From: an uncultured Candidatus Saccharibacteria bacterium
GTDB taxonomy: Bacteria > Patescibacteriota > Minisyncoccia > Phycocordibacterales > JACOZG01
NCBI GenBank assembly: GCA_964648765.1
Contig: CAZYLF010000001.1
Location: forward strand, 293,797 to 357,796
DNA: 64,000 bases
Direction of reading: 5' to 3'
The number at the start of each line of letters is the position of its first letter. The stretch's first letter is position 1. The notes under the pieces are model-generated. The model was given only the letters and a program-made list of their open reading frames with translations. It made no database searches and was not told where the DNA came from. Of this stretch, positions 40,251 to 50,311 are shown in pieces. The translations under genes and the position numbers were made by a program.

Positions 40251-40323
40251 TGGGCGGTATAGGATTTGAACCTATGACCTTCTCGACGTCAACGAGACGC
40301 TCTACCAACTGAGCTAACCGCCC
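40251..40323 (-). tRNA. tRNA-Val(GAC)
   Basis: Reverse complement GGGCGGTTAGCTCAGTTGGTAGAGC...TTGACGT...GGTTCAAATCC. Confidence 0.85.
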
Positions 40324-40327
40324 CTTC

Positions 40328-40417
40328 TGGCGGAGAGGGTGGGATTTGAACCCACGATCCACTTTCGCGGATGCCGGTTTTCGAAACCGGTGCCTTCAAC
40401 CACTCAGCCACCTCTCC
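40328..40417 (-). tRNA. tRNA-Ser(CGA), long variable arm
   Basis: Reverse complement GGAGAGGTGGCTGAGTGGTTGAAGGCACCGGTTTCGAAAACCGG...GGGTTCAAATCCCACCCTCTCCGCCA. Confidence 0.85.
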
Positions 40418-40528
40418 TCTCCGTTTTTTTAGCCTAACATTTTTTACTAAGATTTTCAAAAAATTTAATAACCAAAAATCACCCCGACTTTGGTTGAGGT
40501 GATTTTTGATCTGACGGTAAAGCTATAT

Positions 40529-40603
40529 CTATTTTCCACACTCACAGCTAGTGCAAGTACAACCGTCTTCCTTCTTCTCGTGTTTACATGTTTCGCAGGT
40601 CAT
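40529..40603 (-). CDS. Possible 24-aa Cys-rich peptide MTCETCKHEKKEDGCTCTSCECGK
   Basis: Short ORF between tRNA genes with 7 Cys in 24 aa. No clear SD. Confidence 0.25.
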   Translation of the reverse strand: MTCETCKHEKKEDGCTCTSCECGK

Positions 40604-40730
40604 AAAATATTTATCAGAATTAAAATCTAATAATTTTCGACCTTCCCACTACCCATTCATTATCCTCCTATCAAGTTTTTAAACAAGTTGCGAAAGGCAC
40701 ATTATATGTTAAAGTTTTCTGGCCACTCAT

Positions 40731-40802
40731 GGCCCTATCGTCTAACGGTTAGGACGCCGGCTTTTCAAGCCGTTAATCCGGGTTCGATTCCCGGTAGGGT
40801 CA
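40731..40802 (+). tRNA. tRNA-Glu(TTC)
   Basis: GGCCCTATCGTCTAACGGTTAGGAC... with anticodon loop TTTTCAA and T-arm CCGGGTTCGATTCCCGG. Confidence 0.85.
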
Positions 40803-40889
40803 AAAAAACGAACTATTGATTTAATAAGCTAGATGATGTAGTGTGCTTTTTGGATAAGGACAAATTAAAATTTGAAAGGAGGGTGAACC

Positions 40890-41522
40890 TTGAAAGAGAT
40901 TGAAGGGTTCGGTCTTAACCCTCTAACGATTAGTTTCGTTGGAGTGATGTTTTTTGGAACCGTCGGAGCTCTATCACTTTTACATCAATCCCGACTTATC
41001 AAAAAAAGTCAGTCGGGGCAGTCAGTGTCTACCCCTTGGTACATGATGGTGTTTTCTACTAGTGCTATTTTATTGATCTATGGTTGGCATAGAGATAATT
41101 TGGCTCTGATCCTGCTCTTTTTTCTCCGCGCACCTTTCACCTTTCTGATTCTGAAAGGGTTACTAAAAGTAAAAGGTTTTAGCTGGGGAGAATGGGCGAT
41201 GGCCTTAGTCTTGGGTGCAGCGGTGGTCTGGATGCCTTTCTCCAATGAAAAGGAGCTCATCTACCTAGTATTTACTGCCACTGGAGTGGTGATGGCTATT
41301 TTTCCACCACACAAAATCTGGTCTGAACAAAGCCGCGGAATGGTCTCTAAGTGGCCAGCTCTGACTAGTTTTGGCAGCGCCATCTTTTGGACTTTTTACG
41401 GTTTGATGGTGGAGAATGAGCTGATCTGGCGCACTTCAGCTTGCCACATCGTTCTGAATTTTATCATGGTATTGGCGTGGTACATTTACCCCGCCAAATA
41501 TCAAAACGCCCCGATCGCCTAG
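40890..41522 (+). CDS. Hypothetical polytopic membrane protein
   Basis: 6-7 hydrophobic helices. Confidence 0.5.
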   Translation: MKEIEGFGLNPLTISFVGVMFFGTVGALSLLHQSRLIKKSQSGQSVSTPWYMMVFSTSAILLIYGWHRDNLALILLFFLRAPFTFLILKGLLKVKGFSWGEWAMALVLGAAVVWMPFSNEKELIYLVFTATGVVMAIFPPHKIWSEQSRGMVSKWPALTSFGSAIFWTFYGLMVENELIWRTSACHIVLNFIMVLAWYIYPAKYQNAPIA

Positions 41523-41540
41523 CGCACGGGGCGTTTTTTT
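41507..41540. terminator. Intrinsic terminator, usable from both convergent genes
   Basis: CGCCCCG...CGGGGCG followed by T7. Confidence 0.65.
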
Positions 41541-41545
41541 ATATT

Positions 41546-44500
41546 CTACTGATTTGAGATTAGGCGATTGACAATTTTTCTTGTTGCAGAACCAAAGTAA
41601 CCTGTGGCTTCTGTGAGACCGAGCGGGGTTAAGATCTCAGCTCGGTGAGCCTCTTGGAACTTCTTAAGTGCAATTTCAGTTAGATCTCCAAAAATCGTGG
41701 TTTCATTACCAGGTGAACCTGGACCAGTGCTAGCTATTACGAAACCATTATTATTTAAGAACTTTTGCAGTTCTTTAACCTGGGGGTGGACCATGTCTAA
41801 TTTCAGATCCACGGTGAAGGCAAAATTATCACTCAAGGCACCTTGGGATTGCGAAGTAGATTGCTTTAAAATCTCAACCTGAGACTTTAGTTCAGTAATT
41901 AGTTTAATAATAGTGTTTTCTAACACTTGTTTAACTTTATTTGTAGTTACTTCTTGAGCTTCCCCGGTAGTCTGAGCAGACTCAATAATCACTTGTACCG
42001 CATTTAAAGTGTTCTGAATAATTGTACTAACTTGAGTGGGAGTGTTGCTACCTCCGGAATTATTTTCTGAAGTAGTGGTCGTTTCGGTATTTGAATCAGT
42101 CTCTTCCTCCTCGTCTTCATCATCGTTGTTATTGTTTCCTCCGCCTCCACCGCCGCCACCTGAATCGTCATCATCGTCGTCGGAATCATCCACCCCGTCA
42201 GTATCAATTACTAGAGCTTTATTTGCTGCTAATCCAGTTGCAGGTACAAAGTCAGACATGGCGTTAGCCGATTGGTCAGCGATTGTGCCGCTGATTGTAG
42301 CTTCCAAATCAGCTGAAGTGTCACCAGCTTGCACGGTGTAATCACATGTGCCCGTAGTTGAGTTGGAGACAGTGAAGGTGCATGTTCTATCAGTGGCACC
42401 AGTTTCAAGAGTTACTGTGACGTTACCTGTGGAAGTAACAGCTTCAGAGAAGGTGACATCAATATCAATTACTTCTCCAACATCATAAGTTCCATTGGTC
42501 TTGCTGGAGGAGACGCTCGAGATGGTCGGTACGCCTACATCGGCGGTGGTAAAGCTCCAGCTGGTGGTGTTAGCGATGCCCGCGTAGCTGTTGAGCGCCA
42601 CGTCGCGGAAAGCTGTGCTGGCCACTTGAACATAATAACCAGTTAAACTGCCGAGAGTTACTGATGGATTAATAGTAAAGGAGTTTGAACCAGAATCAGT
42701 GACCTGACTACCCGCCACATCAATAGTTTCAACGGTTGAATCATTGGAAGCTAACTTAATTAGAATATTGCCGGTGCTGGTGGAAACGGCCGTGTCAAAG
42801 GTGATTACAAGGTTGGCCGTAACAGAGACACCTGTGGCGTTATCGGCCGGCGAGAGGGTGCTCACCGTCGGCGCGGTGGTATCAATTACTAGAGCTTTGC
42901 TGGCTGCCAGATTGGTGCTTGGCACAAAGTTGCTCATCGCGTTAGCAGATTGATCAGCGATTGTTCCACTGATTGTGGCTTCCAAATCGGCAGAAGTGTC
43001 ACCAGCTTGCACTGTATAGTCGCAGGTGCCCGTAGTTGAGTTGGAGACAGTGAAGGTGCAAGTGCGGTCAGTGGCCCCAGTTTCTAAAGTCACTGTGACG
43101 TTGCCTGTGGAAGTAACAGCTTCAGAGAATGTAACGTCGATGTCAATAACTTCTCCAACGGTGTATGAGCCGTTAGTTTTGCTGGACGAGACGGTCGAAA
43201 TGGTGGGGGCAGAAGCATCAACATTTACGCCAAAAGCGTGGCTATTACCGGAGTGGGTGATTAGGCCAGTGGTGGCGTCTGTGGAGGAGGCTTTGAGGAG
43301 GTAACTTCCATTTGAGATTCCGGTGAAGGTGTGACGAACCGTGTAGGCATTAGTGCGATAACGAGCAAAATAATCAGCTTCGCCGAAAATATAGAGATAG
43401 TCGCCAGTGTTATCGAAAGTTAGGCCTTCAGCTTGGTCTGTCGCTCCTACGGGGACGCTATTTAAATAATCTCCCGTATCACCTGAAGTGTTGCCATCTC
43501 CATCACTGTCAACGAATGCACAAGTAGAAGTACTGGTAATGTTGACCGGAACAATTCGGCTACTATTATCAGAGAGGACGAACAAGATGCCGTTATTGTT
43601 GTAATAAAGATCTGAAAAGTCAGTGGCAATAGAAGTGAAGTCTAAATTAGCGCAAATCTGTACTGCTGTACCGCCAAGTGAAGGATACTCATAAAGAGTG
43701 GCGGAGGCGCTTTCTTCAGCTAAATAGAATACACCAGAACTTGAATTGTAAGCGATACCTTCAAGACCTGTGTTTGCTCCGTGGGCAATGCCCGTAGAAT
43801 ATGCATCACTGTTAGTGACCGTTACCGAACCAGTGGATGGAATTATAACTTTGAAGACTCTGCCATTTGCCTGAACGTCTTCTGTTGATAATACAAACGT
43901 GTGATCAAAAACTCCAGGAGCGGTGGAAGAGGCAAGGCTTGAGACTAGAGTAATCCCCTCGATATCGCCGCAACTTGTGCAGGTAATTGTCCGTACTACT
44001 GCTCCGGTAGTAGATGCAATTTCAGTAATACTTGTAGTATTCCCCGCTGATGTGTTATGAGGAATAAAAATCGTGCCAGTGGTAGGAACATAAATTGAAC
44101 CGGAGGTGTTAGCGGTTAAACTTAAGTCTAGATTTGAAATAGTGTTAGTGTAATGAGTGAGATTATAGTCACCATAACGAGTAGTGGTGCTTACCTGACT
44201 TGAAACTGCGCCGGCTGGTGTGGTGACAAATAAATTCCAAGCGGTGGAGGTGGCGGTAGTTTGAATGGTGGATGAAGCGTAAACCGTGACCGACGATGAA
44301 GTGGTGGTGGAATTAGCTGAAGGTGATGGAGTGATGAAAGAAATGTAGGTCCCGATACCAATGGCTTTGTTTGCTGCCAAGTTGGTGGAAGGCGCAAAGT
44401 TGGTTATCGGGTTGGCAGTTTGATCTTCAATATAACCACTAATAGTAGAGACGGTGAGGTCAGTGGTTACGTCACCGGCTTGCACAGTGTAGTTGCAACT

Positions 44501-45751
44501 AGCGGTAGAGGAGTTGGAAATGGAGGCAATACTGCAAGTGCGGTCGGTGGTGCCAGTTTCTAACGTGACTGTAATAGATGTGGTGGCAGTGACCGCTTCA
44601 GAAAAGGTGATATCGATATCAATTATTTCACCCGCGCCATAAAAGCCGTTAGTTTTATCTGAAGACACGCTAGAAATGGTCGGAGCAGAGTCAGCTTCGT
44701 TATCAGTGATCGTTACATTCACATCATCAACGGTTATGACGTTGTAGTTGGGGTCAGAGCTTGAAGTGGTGTGCGAGATGGAGGTCTCGTGCTCACCTTC
44801 AGCGTCTTCGTCATCAACCGCAGTGATTGTGACAGTTTGCGGAGTGAACCAGTTGCTTGAGGTAAAGGTAAGAGAATCAGGGCTGGTGCCAGCCTCGGCG
44901 GATTCTGTGACGGTGACAGTGACATCAGCCGTGGGTGCGGTTTTTAATACTACAGTGTAAGTGTCAGTGGCTCCGCCTTCAGTAACATCAGCCGTAGTGG
45001 GGGAAACTGTAACCGCCGCCCCGGCCGTATAAATTTGCTTGACCTCCGTGGCCGTTAAAGATCGGTTATAAATTGCCACTTCGTCTATTACAGCGTTACC
45101 TCCTTCAGCTGTGGCTCCATTGATTGTGCCCACATATAGATTACCGGGGAGAGTGTATGAAGAAATAGTGGTTGTTCCTTGATGAACGCCATTTACATAC
45201 ATTGCGGCGTTTGTACCCTCTGTTAGTAGCACCAAATGATACCATCGGTGTGGTTGTACTGTGCCTGCTGTGGCGGCATTAACCTCTGCGGCACCTCCAA
45301 TTCTATAATTCCATTGTCCGGTGGTTGAGCGACACCTAATGTAGAAGCGGGTGTTTTGTCCAGACACTCCGTGGCCAAAAATGTGGCGATCAGTACTACA
45401 AGTGCCTTGGTTGTTTACCCACAAACTTACAGAGATGGCTGAGGCTGTTGGGTCGATTCCGGAACCGTAACCCGTTGTGACGTAATCGTCCGCAGTGTCA
45501 AACAACACACCATAGCCGCCAAATGGGGATGTTGTGGTGGCATAGTAAGCCGCGTTGCCACTCAAAGCACTATCGTAAGTGTTACCACCTGTACCAGTGT
45601 TCTCAATTGCCCCAGTACCTTCCTCAAAAGAGTAACGGATTAACTCATCACCAAAAGGATAGGCGGCGTGGGCAGTGGAATTAGTTGATAAAAATAAGCT
45701 AGTAAAAATTAAACCAAACGAAATTTTGGTGAAAAAGCTAAAGGTACTCAT
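41546..45751 (-). CDS. Giant secreted cell-surface protein (1401 aa). Domains: signal peptide; LamG/ConA-like lectin; Calx-beta/cadherin-like; three ~110-aa Ig-like repeats, two of them near-identical; a beta-propeller-like region; an acidic low-complexity linker; and a C-terminal peptidoglycan-binding domain.
   Basis: Signal peptide 'MSTFSFFTKISFGLIFTSLFLSTNSTAHA'. 'DEVAIYNRSLTATEVKQIY' is LamG-like. Repeats 'PTIS(T/S)VSSSKTNG(S/T)Y(T/D)VGEVIDIDVTFSEAVTSTGNVTVTLETGATDRTCTFTVSNSTTGTCDYTVQAGD'. Linker '[29 protein letters not shown]'. C-terminus 'VKELQKFLNNNGFVIASTGPGSPGNETTIFGDLTEIALKKFQEAH'. Confidence 0.8.
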   Translation of the reverse strand: MSTFSFFTKISFGLIFTSLFLSTNSTAHAAYPFGDELIRYSFEEGTGAIENTGTGGNTYDSALSGNAAYYATTTSPFGGYGVLFDTADDYVTTGYGSGIDPTASAISVSLWVNNQGTCSTDRHIFGHGVSGQNTRFYIRCRSTTGQWNYRIGGAAEVNAATAGTVQPHRWYHLVLLTEGTNAAMYVNGVHQGTTTISSYTLPGNLYVGTINGATAEGGNAVIDEVAIYNRSLTATEVKQIYTAGAAVTVSPTTADVTEGGATDTYTVVLKTAPTADVTVTVTESAEAGTSPDSLTFTSSNWFTPQTVTITAVDDEDAEGEHETSISHTTSSSDPNYNVITVDDVNVTITDNEADSAPTISSVSSDKTNGFYGAGEIIDIDITFSEAVTATTSITVTLETGTTDRTCSIASISNSSTASCNYTVQAGDVTTDLTVSTISGYIEDQTANPITNFAPSTNLAANKAIGIGTYISFITPSPSANSTTTSSSVTVYASSTIQTTATSTAWNLFVTTPAGAVSSQVSTTTRYGDYNLTHYTNTISNLDLSLTANTSGSIYVPTTGTIFIPHNTSAGNTTSITEIASTTGAVVRTITCTSCGDIEGITLVSSLASSTAPGVFDHTFVLSTEDVQANGRVFKVIIPSTGSVTVTNSDAYSTGIAHGANTGLEGIAYNSSSGVFYLAEESASATLYEYPSLGGTAVQICANLDFTSIATDFSDLYYNNNGILFVLSDNSSRIVPVNITSTSTCAFVDSDGDGNTSGDTGDYLNSVPVGATDQAEGLTFDNTGDYLYIFGEADYFARYRTNAYTVRHTFTGISNGSYLLKASSTDATTGLITHSGNSHAFGVNVDASAPTISTVSSSKTNGSYTVGEVIDIDVTFSEAVTSTGNVTVTLETGATDRTCTFTVSNSTTGTCDYTVQAGDTSADLEATISGTIADQSANAMSNFVPSTNLAASKALVIDTTAPTVSTLSPADNATGVSVTANLVITFDTAVSTSTGNILIKLASNDSTVETIDVAGSQVTDSGSNSFTINPSVTLGSLTGYYVQVASTAFRDVALNSYAGIANTTSWSFTTADVGVPTISSVSSSKTNGTYDVGEVIDIDVTFSEAVTSTGNVTVTLETGATDRTCTFTVSNSTTGTCDYTVQAGDTSADLEATISGTIADQSANAMSDFVPATGLAANKALVIDTDGVDDSDDDDDDSGGGGGGGGNNNNDDEDEEEETDSNTETTTTSENNSGGSNTPTQVSTIIQNTLNAVQVIIESAQTTGEAQEVTTNKVKQVLENTIIKLITELKSQVEILKQSTSQSQGALSDNFAFTVDLKLDMVHPQVKELQKFLNNNGFVIASTGPGSPGNETTIFGDLTEIALKKFQEAHRAEILTPLGLTEATGYFGSATRKIVNRLISNQ

Positions 45752-45765
45752 CTATATAATTTAAC

Positions 45766-46218
45766 TTAAACTACTTCTGATTGCGAACTTTTTCTCCACA
45801 AAATTGCTTGACCTAAAATAAAAATAAGGGTTGAGGTGAGGGCAGAGAAGAGGCAATAAATGCAAAGACTTTTGATAACAAAAATTTGGAGGTAGAGGAA
45901 GTAAAGTGACGTCAAAAATCCAAGCCACGTGGCGCGCGCGGTGAAGGTGAGAATTTTTGTGTTGACAGAGTTGTTTAGATAGGCAAAAATTCCAAAAAAG
46001 ATTGCTAAGTAATAGAGCGCACCAAAGAGCGCCACCGGGATACCAAAAAAGTTGTTGTAATCACTGGTGAGCACCGCCTCGCAACCCTCGGTAAGTGTGC
46101 AAGGGGGGATGACTTCTTGATAGTGTTTTACGGTGAGATATGTAGCGTCGAGGAAGCCAATAAACGCGATTATCAAAATCGCGAATATTAATTTTTTATT
46201 GAGCAGTGCTGGTGGCAT
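45766..46218 (-). CDS. Vitamin K epoxide reductase (VKOR) family membrane protein
   Basis: 4 TM helices. 'CTLTEGCEAV' and active-site 'CIYC'. Confidence 0.75.
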   Translation of the reverse strand: MPPALLNKKLIFAILIIAFIGFLDATYLTVKHYQEVIPPCTLTEGCEAVLTSDYNNFFGIPVALFGALYYLAIFFGIFAYLNNSVNTKILTFTARATWLGFLTSLYFLYLQIFVIKSLCIYCLFSALTSTLIFILGQAILWRKSSQSEVV

Positions 46219-46996
46219 TGATGTTATCGCTTACGCTTCCAATTGCTTCAGCTAGGAGTTTCTTGAATTCTTCAAGACCACCAGGATTCCCAATTTTTTT
46301 GCCATTGAGATAAAAGGTAGGTGTGCCGGTGACTAAGAACTTTTCACCACTTGTGGTGTCGGCCTCCACTTGATCACGAGTGGCTTTAGAATCTCGATCA
46401 GTTTTAAATTTAGCCAAATCAAGTCCGAGGGTGGTGGCATACTCTTCAAAAACAGAGTCCACGTTTCTGCGCCCTTCCCATTTATCTTGATTATCAAAAA
46501 TCATATCAACCATTTCCCAAAACTTGCCTTGAGCCCCAGCAGCTTCAGCGGCGTAAGCGGCTGGCTTGGCGCCCAAATGTTGACCGAGTGGGAAGTGGCG
46601 ATAAACTAGTGCAAAATCCTTACCCATTTCATCTACCAATGACTTCACAATTGGTGCATATGCGCCACAAGCCGGACATTCAAGATCGCTGTATTCCACA
46701 AGTACTGTTTTGGCGAGGGGATTACCTCGTACCCAATCATCAGCGCTAATTTTAGTTAATTCCGTTTCAACTTTAGTTGGCTCATTTTTATCATCTCCAC
46801 CAGAGCGTGAGAGGGCCACAATGCCGTAAATTGAGGCTAAGATGAGCAAAATGGCAATTAACCATGGTCTGAGCTTGTTACCACCATTGCCACCACCTTG
46901 GGCCATTTGGCGAGCTAATTTCTCCTTTTGTCTGCGTAGTCGGCGCTCTTGCTTTTTACTCAAAACACCCTCCTGATTTTGGTTTAAGTTATCCAT
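46196..46996 (-). CDS. DsbA-like thioredoxin-fold thiol:disulfide oxidoreductase, membrane-anchored
   Basis: TM anchor followed by the CxxC motif 'ECPACG'. Confidence 0.8.
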   Translation of the reverse strand: MDNLNQNQEGVLSKKQERRLRRQKEKLARQMAQGGGNGGNKLRPWLIAILLILASIYGIVALSRSGGDDKNEPTKVETELTKISADDWVRGNPLAKTVLVEYSDLECPACGAYAPIVKSLVDEMGKDFALVYRHFPLGQHLGAKPAAYAAEAAGAQGKFWEMVDMIFDNQDKWEGRRNVDSVFEEYATTLGLDLAKFKTDRDSKATRDQVEADTTSGEKFLVTGTPTFYLNGKKIGNPGGLEEFKKLLAEAIGSVSDNINATSTAQ

Positions 46997-47006
46997 GTTT
47001 ATATTA

Positions 47007-47936
47007 CTACCTTAAATGTAAGTAAGAGTAAATATCTTCCACTGCCTTCACGGCGTCACCGGCGGCAATATTGTTTTGGTGATAAAGCGCGTCGGTGGCA
47101 TCACCAGCCGCCCACACGCCCTTCATGCTAGTTTGCTGATTTTTAGGATTTGTAATTACTGAACCAATCGAGTTCATGTCTACTAAACCTTTCACATAAT
47201 CGGTGCTTGGTACCAAACCAATTTCCACAAAAATTCCTTCAACTTTTAATTCAATTTCTTTACTAGTTAATTTATCTTTATAAACTAAAGCATTCACAAA
47301 TTGATCGCCCTTAACTTGTGTGGGTTCAGCATTGGTGATTAATTTAACTTTAGGATTAGCTCGAACTTTCTCCACCGTAATGGCGTCGGCTTTAAATTCT
47401 TCGTTTTTATGAAGCAAAGTTACACTTTTAGCATAAGCAGCGAGTTGGGCGGCAGTTTCAAAGCCGGCATTACCACCGCCAATTACCACCACATCTTTAT
47501 CCGCAAAGAGCGGTCCATCACACGTGGCGCAATAGGTGAGACCTTTTTGATCAAACTCGGCGGCACCAGGCACAGCGAGTTTACGGCGTGAGGCGCCAGT
47601 AGCAATTAAAACTGTTTTGCCTTCAAATTTTTCTCCCTTTTTGGTTTCGGCCGCAAAGTTGCCATCAGAATTTTTTGTTACGGATTTTACAAATGCGCGA
47701 TCCAAAATGGTAAGGTCATCACCTTGGTAGGCAAACAAATGTTCTTTAAGACTTTTTGCCAAATCGTTACCGGAGATTGATTTAGTGCCAATCCAATTTT
47801 GGATTTCTGCTGAAACGCTCGATTGTCCACCAAAGTCGCTAGTTAAAAATAAAGTTTTTAATTTTTTACGCGCTGAATAAACTCCAGCAGCGACGCCAGC
47901 AGGCCCACCACCAATGATTATTAAATCGTAGAGCAT
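47007..47936 (-). CDS. trxB: Thioredoxin reductase
   Basis: 'YDLIIIGGGPAGVAAGVY' and redox-active 'CATCDG'. Confidence 0.9.
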   Translation of the reverse strand: MLYDLIIIGGGPAGVAAGVYSARKKLKTLFLTSDFGGQSSVSAEIQNWIGTKSISGNDLAKSLKEHLFAYQGDDLTILDRAFVKSVTKNSDGNFAAETKKGEKFEGKTVLIATGASRRKLAVPGAAEFDQKGLTYCATCDGPLFADKDVVVIGGGNAGFETAAQLAAYAKSVTLLHKNEEFKADAITVEKVRANPKVKLITNAEPTQVKGDQFVNALVYKDKLTSKEIELKVEGIFVEIGLVPSTDYVKGLVDMNSIGSVITNPKNQQTSMKGVWAAGDATDALYHQNNIAAGDAVKAVEDIYSYLHLR

Positions 47937-49105
47937 TACTTGTTTTTAGGTCTGCGCAAGAAGGCGGGGATTGAGGACCAATCGTCCTCCTCTTCTTCAA
48001 GTGGCTTGGGAGTAAGTTTGGCGGAATCAACTTTTTTAGGAGTTTTAATTTCTACTGACTCAGTAGGGCGATCATCCTTTTGGGTAATTACTGAATTGGA
48101 GCCATGATCAAGATCGGGGGTAGCTTTCTTTTTATTACTATCGAGGAATCCGGAAGCAATAACGGTAATTTTAACTTCATTCTTATTAAGTTTTTCATCA
48201 TGAATCGCACCAAAAATAATTTTAGCGTTAGGGTCAATTGATTCAATAATAACTTTAGCGGCTTCTTGGATCTCGAGCATCCCGAGATCTTTATCACCAG
48301 CAATAGAGAAGAGCACGCCCTTAGCACCTTCAATAGAGATGTCGAGGAGCGGAGAGTTGATAGCGGCTTTGGCGGCTTCCACCGCGCGATTCTCACCCGA
48401 GGCGCGACCGATACCCATAAGCGCGGAACCAGTATTCGACATCACGGCCTTAATGTCGGCGAAGTCAACGTTGATGATACCTGGGGTAGTAATTAAATCA
48501 GAGATGCCCTCCACGGCTTGGCGGAGTACTTCATCACACATGGCAAACGCGCTTTGGCAGGTGGTGTTTTTATCAATAATTCCGAGCATACGATCGTTAG
48601 GGATCATGATGATGGAGTCCACCTCACGGCGCAATTCATCAATACCTTTTTCGGCTAATTGCATGCGTTGATTGCCTTCAAAAAAGAATGGTTTAGTAAC
48701 CACAGCCACAGTTAGAATGCCTTGCTCTTTAGCAGTTTTAGCAATTACGGGCGCGGCGCCAGTGCAGGTGCCACCACCCATTCCGCCAGCAATAAAAATC
48801 ATATCAGCACCTTTAATAACTTCTTGGATTTCCTCGATACTTTCGTTAGCGGCGTTGCGTCCGAGTTCTGGATTCATGCCAGTGCCTAAACCGCGAGTAA
48901 GATTTTTGCCGATGTGGATCTTCTTTTTTGCGAGTGAGTGATGGAGATCTTGAGCGTCGGTGTTTACCGCCACAAACTCCACGCTTTTAACATTAGAGCG
49001 GATCATGTGGTTAACGGCGTTCTTACCTGAACCGCCAACACCAATTACCTTAATCCGAGCAAAAGTTTCAATTTCTGGGCTAACTTTAGGCATGTATAGC
49101 CTCAA
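47936..49105 (-). CDS. ftsZ: Cell division GTPase FtsZ
   Basis: 'GGGTGTG' tubulin signature and N-terminal 'IKVIGVGGSGKNAV'. Confidence 0.95.
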   Translation of the reverse strand: MRLYMPKVSPEIETFARIKVIGVGGSGKNAVNHMIRSNVKSVEFVAVNTDAQDLHHSLAKKKIHIGKNLTRGLGTGMNPELGRNAANESIEEIQEVIKGADMIFIAGGMGGGTCTGAAPVIAKTAKEQGILTVAVVTKPFFFEGNQRMQLAEKGIDELRREVDSIIMIPNDRMLGIIDKNTTCQSAFAMCDEVLRQAVEGISDLITTPGIINVDFADIKAVMSNTGSALMGIGRASGENRAVEAAKAAINSPLLDISIEGAKGVLFSIAGDKDLGMLEIQEAAKVIIESIDPNAKIIFGAIHDEKLNKNEVKITVIASGFLDSNKKKATPDLDHGSNSVITQKDDRPTESVEIKTPKKVDSAKLTPKPLEEEEDDWSSIPAFLRRPKNK

Positions 49106-49144
49106 GATTATCAGTTAAAAAAACAAAAAGCAAATAGGGGATTA

Positions 49145-50311
49145 TTAGGGCAAAAACTCCTTTAGCCACTTAATAAACTTATGACCTGCTTGGCGGAAAA
49201 TTTTGGCGCTAAAGGCCGTATCTGGCTCACTGCCGAGACCAAATAGGCATAAACCGTAGGCCACTGACCAGGCTGGGTCCTTAACTTGACTGCGGGAGCT
49301 TGTGTCGGTGTCACTTCCGGCGATGCGAGCGGGGAGTTTTAAATAATTTTTGGCCTGCTTTTCAATATCAGACAAACTTGAGCCACCACCAGTAAAAATA
49401 ATACCAGCCGGAAGAAGTTCGTTGCGGCCAATTTTTTTAAGTTGAGTTTCAATTAATTCAAACATGTCGGAGAGACGAGCCTCAATAATCTCGTCTAACT
49501 TTTTCTTAGTTGATAAGTTACTTTGGCCAAGAGAAACTTTTAACTTTTCAGCATCTTCAAGCGAGAGGCGAAGTCCTAAAGCTATATCATTGGTGACGTC
49601 TGAAGAACCAATTGGTAAAACATTTACACAAATTGGTAAGCCTTCTTCATAAACCACAATTGAAGTAGTTTGAGCGCCCACATTTGCAAGCACGGCTCCA
49701 GCCGCCTTTTGGGTGTTAGAGAGTGTGGTAAAACTGGCTGCTAGTGGTGAGGCAATTATGTCTTCCACCGACACTTGCGCAGCTTCCACGGCTCTGACGA
49801 GATTATTTATATGTTGATTTAGGGCACAGATAAAAAGGGTTTTAACTTCAAGTTTGTTGCCCTTCATACCCTCCGGACGACCTAGGATTTTTTTCCCATC
49901 AAGTTTAAAAAGAAGCGGGATAGTGTGAATGACCTTAAAATTATTAACATTAGTTAAGTTGGCTTCCGAAAGTTCTACCGCGCGGTTAATATCCAACTCA
50001 TTAATTTCTGAATCGGCTTTAGTTACCGCCACTTGGCCCTCGCCAGTGCGTGATTCAAGCCCGATACCACCAATTCCTAAAAATACTCCTCTGATTTTTA
50101 TTTTTGAAATCCTCTCAGCCTCTTGAATTGCTTCAAAAATAGCACCCTCGGCCTCTTCTTGATTTACAATGTAGCCCCGGCGGAGTCCACGACTAGGTAC
50201 TCGCACCATTGCTAAAATTTTTGGTGAATTAGAATTACGAATTACCTCGCACACCACCACTCGGATGGAGTTTGTTCCCACGTCTAATCCTGTGATGAGG
50301 TGTTTTGACAT
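49145..50311 (-). CDS. ftsA: Cell division protein FtsA (start taken at the internal M 'MSKHLITGLDVGT')
   Basis: Actin-like ATPase motifs. Sits upstream of ftsZ. Confidence 0.9.
   Translation of the reverse strand: MSKHLITGLDVGTNSIRVVVCEVIRNSNSPKILAMVRVPSRGLRRGYIVNQEEAEGAIFEAIQEAERISKIKIRGVFLGIGGIGLESRTGEGQVAVTKADSEINELDINRAVELSEANLTNVNNFKVIHTIPLLFKLDGKKILGRPEGMKGNKLEVKTLFICALNQHINNLVRAVEAAQVSVEDIIASPLAASFTTLSNTQKAAGAVLANVGAQTTSIVVYEEGLPICVNVLPIGSSDVTNDIALGLRLSLEDAEKLKVSLGQSNLSTKKKLDEIIEARLSDMFELIETQLKKIGRNELLPAGIIFTGGGSSLSDIEKQAKNYLKLPARIAGSDTDTSSRSQVKDPAWSVAYGLCLFGLGSEPDTAFSAKIFRQAGHKFIKWLKEFLP

Noticed and set aside
42004-44960. Antisense ORFs inside the giant surface-protein gene
   Set aside because: Products of low-complexity or repetitive coding sequence on the opposite strand.
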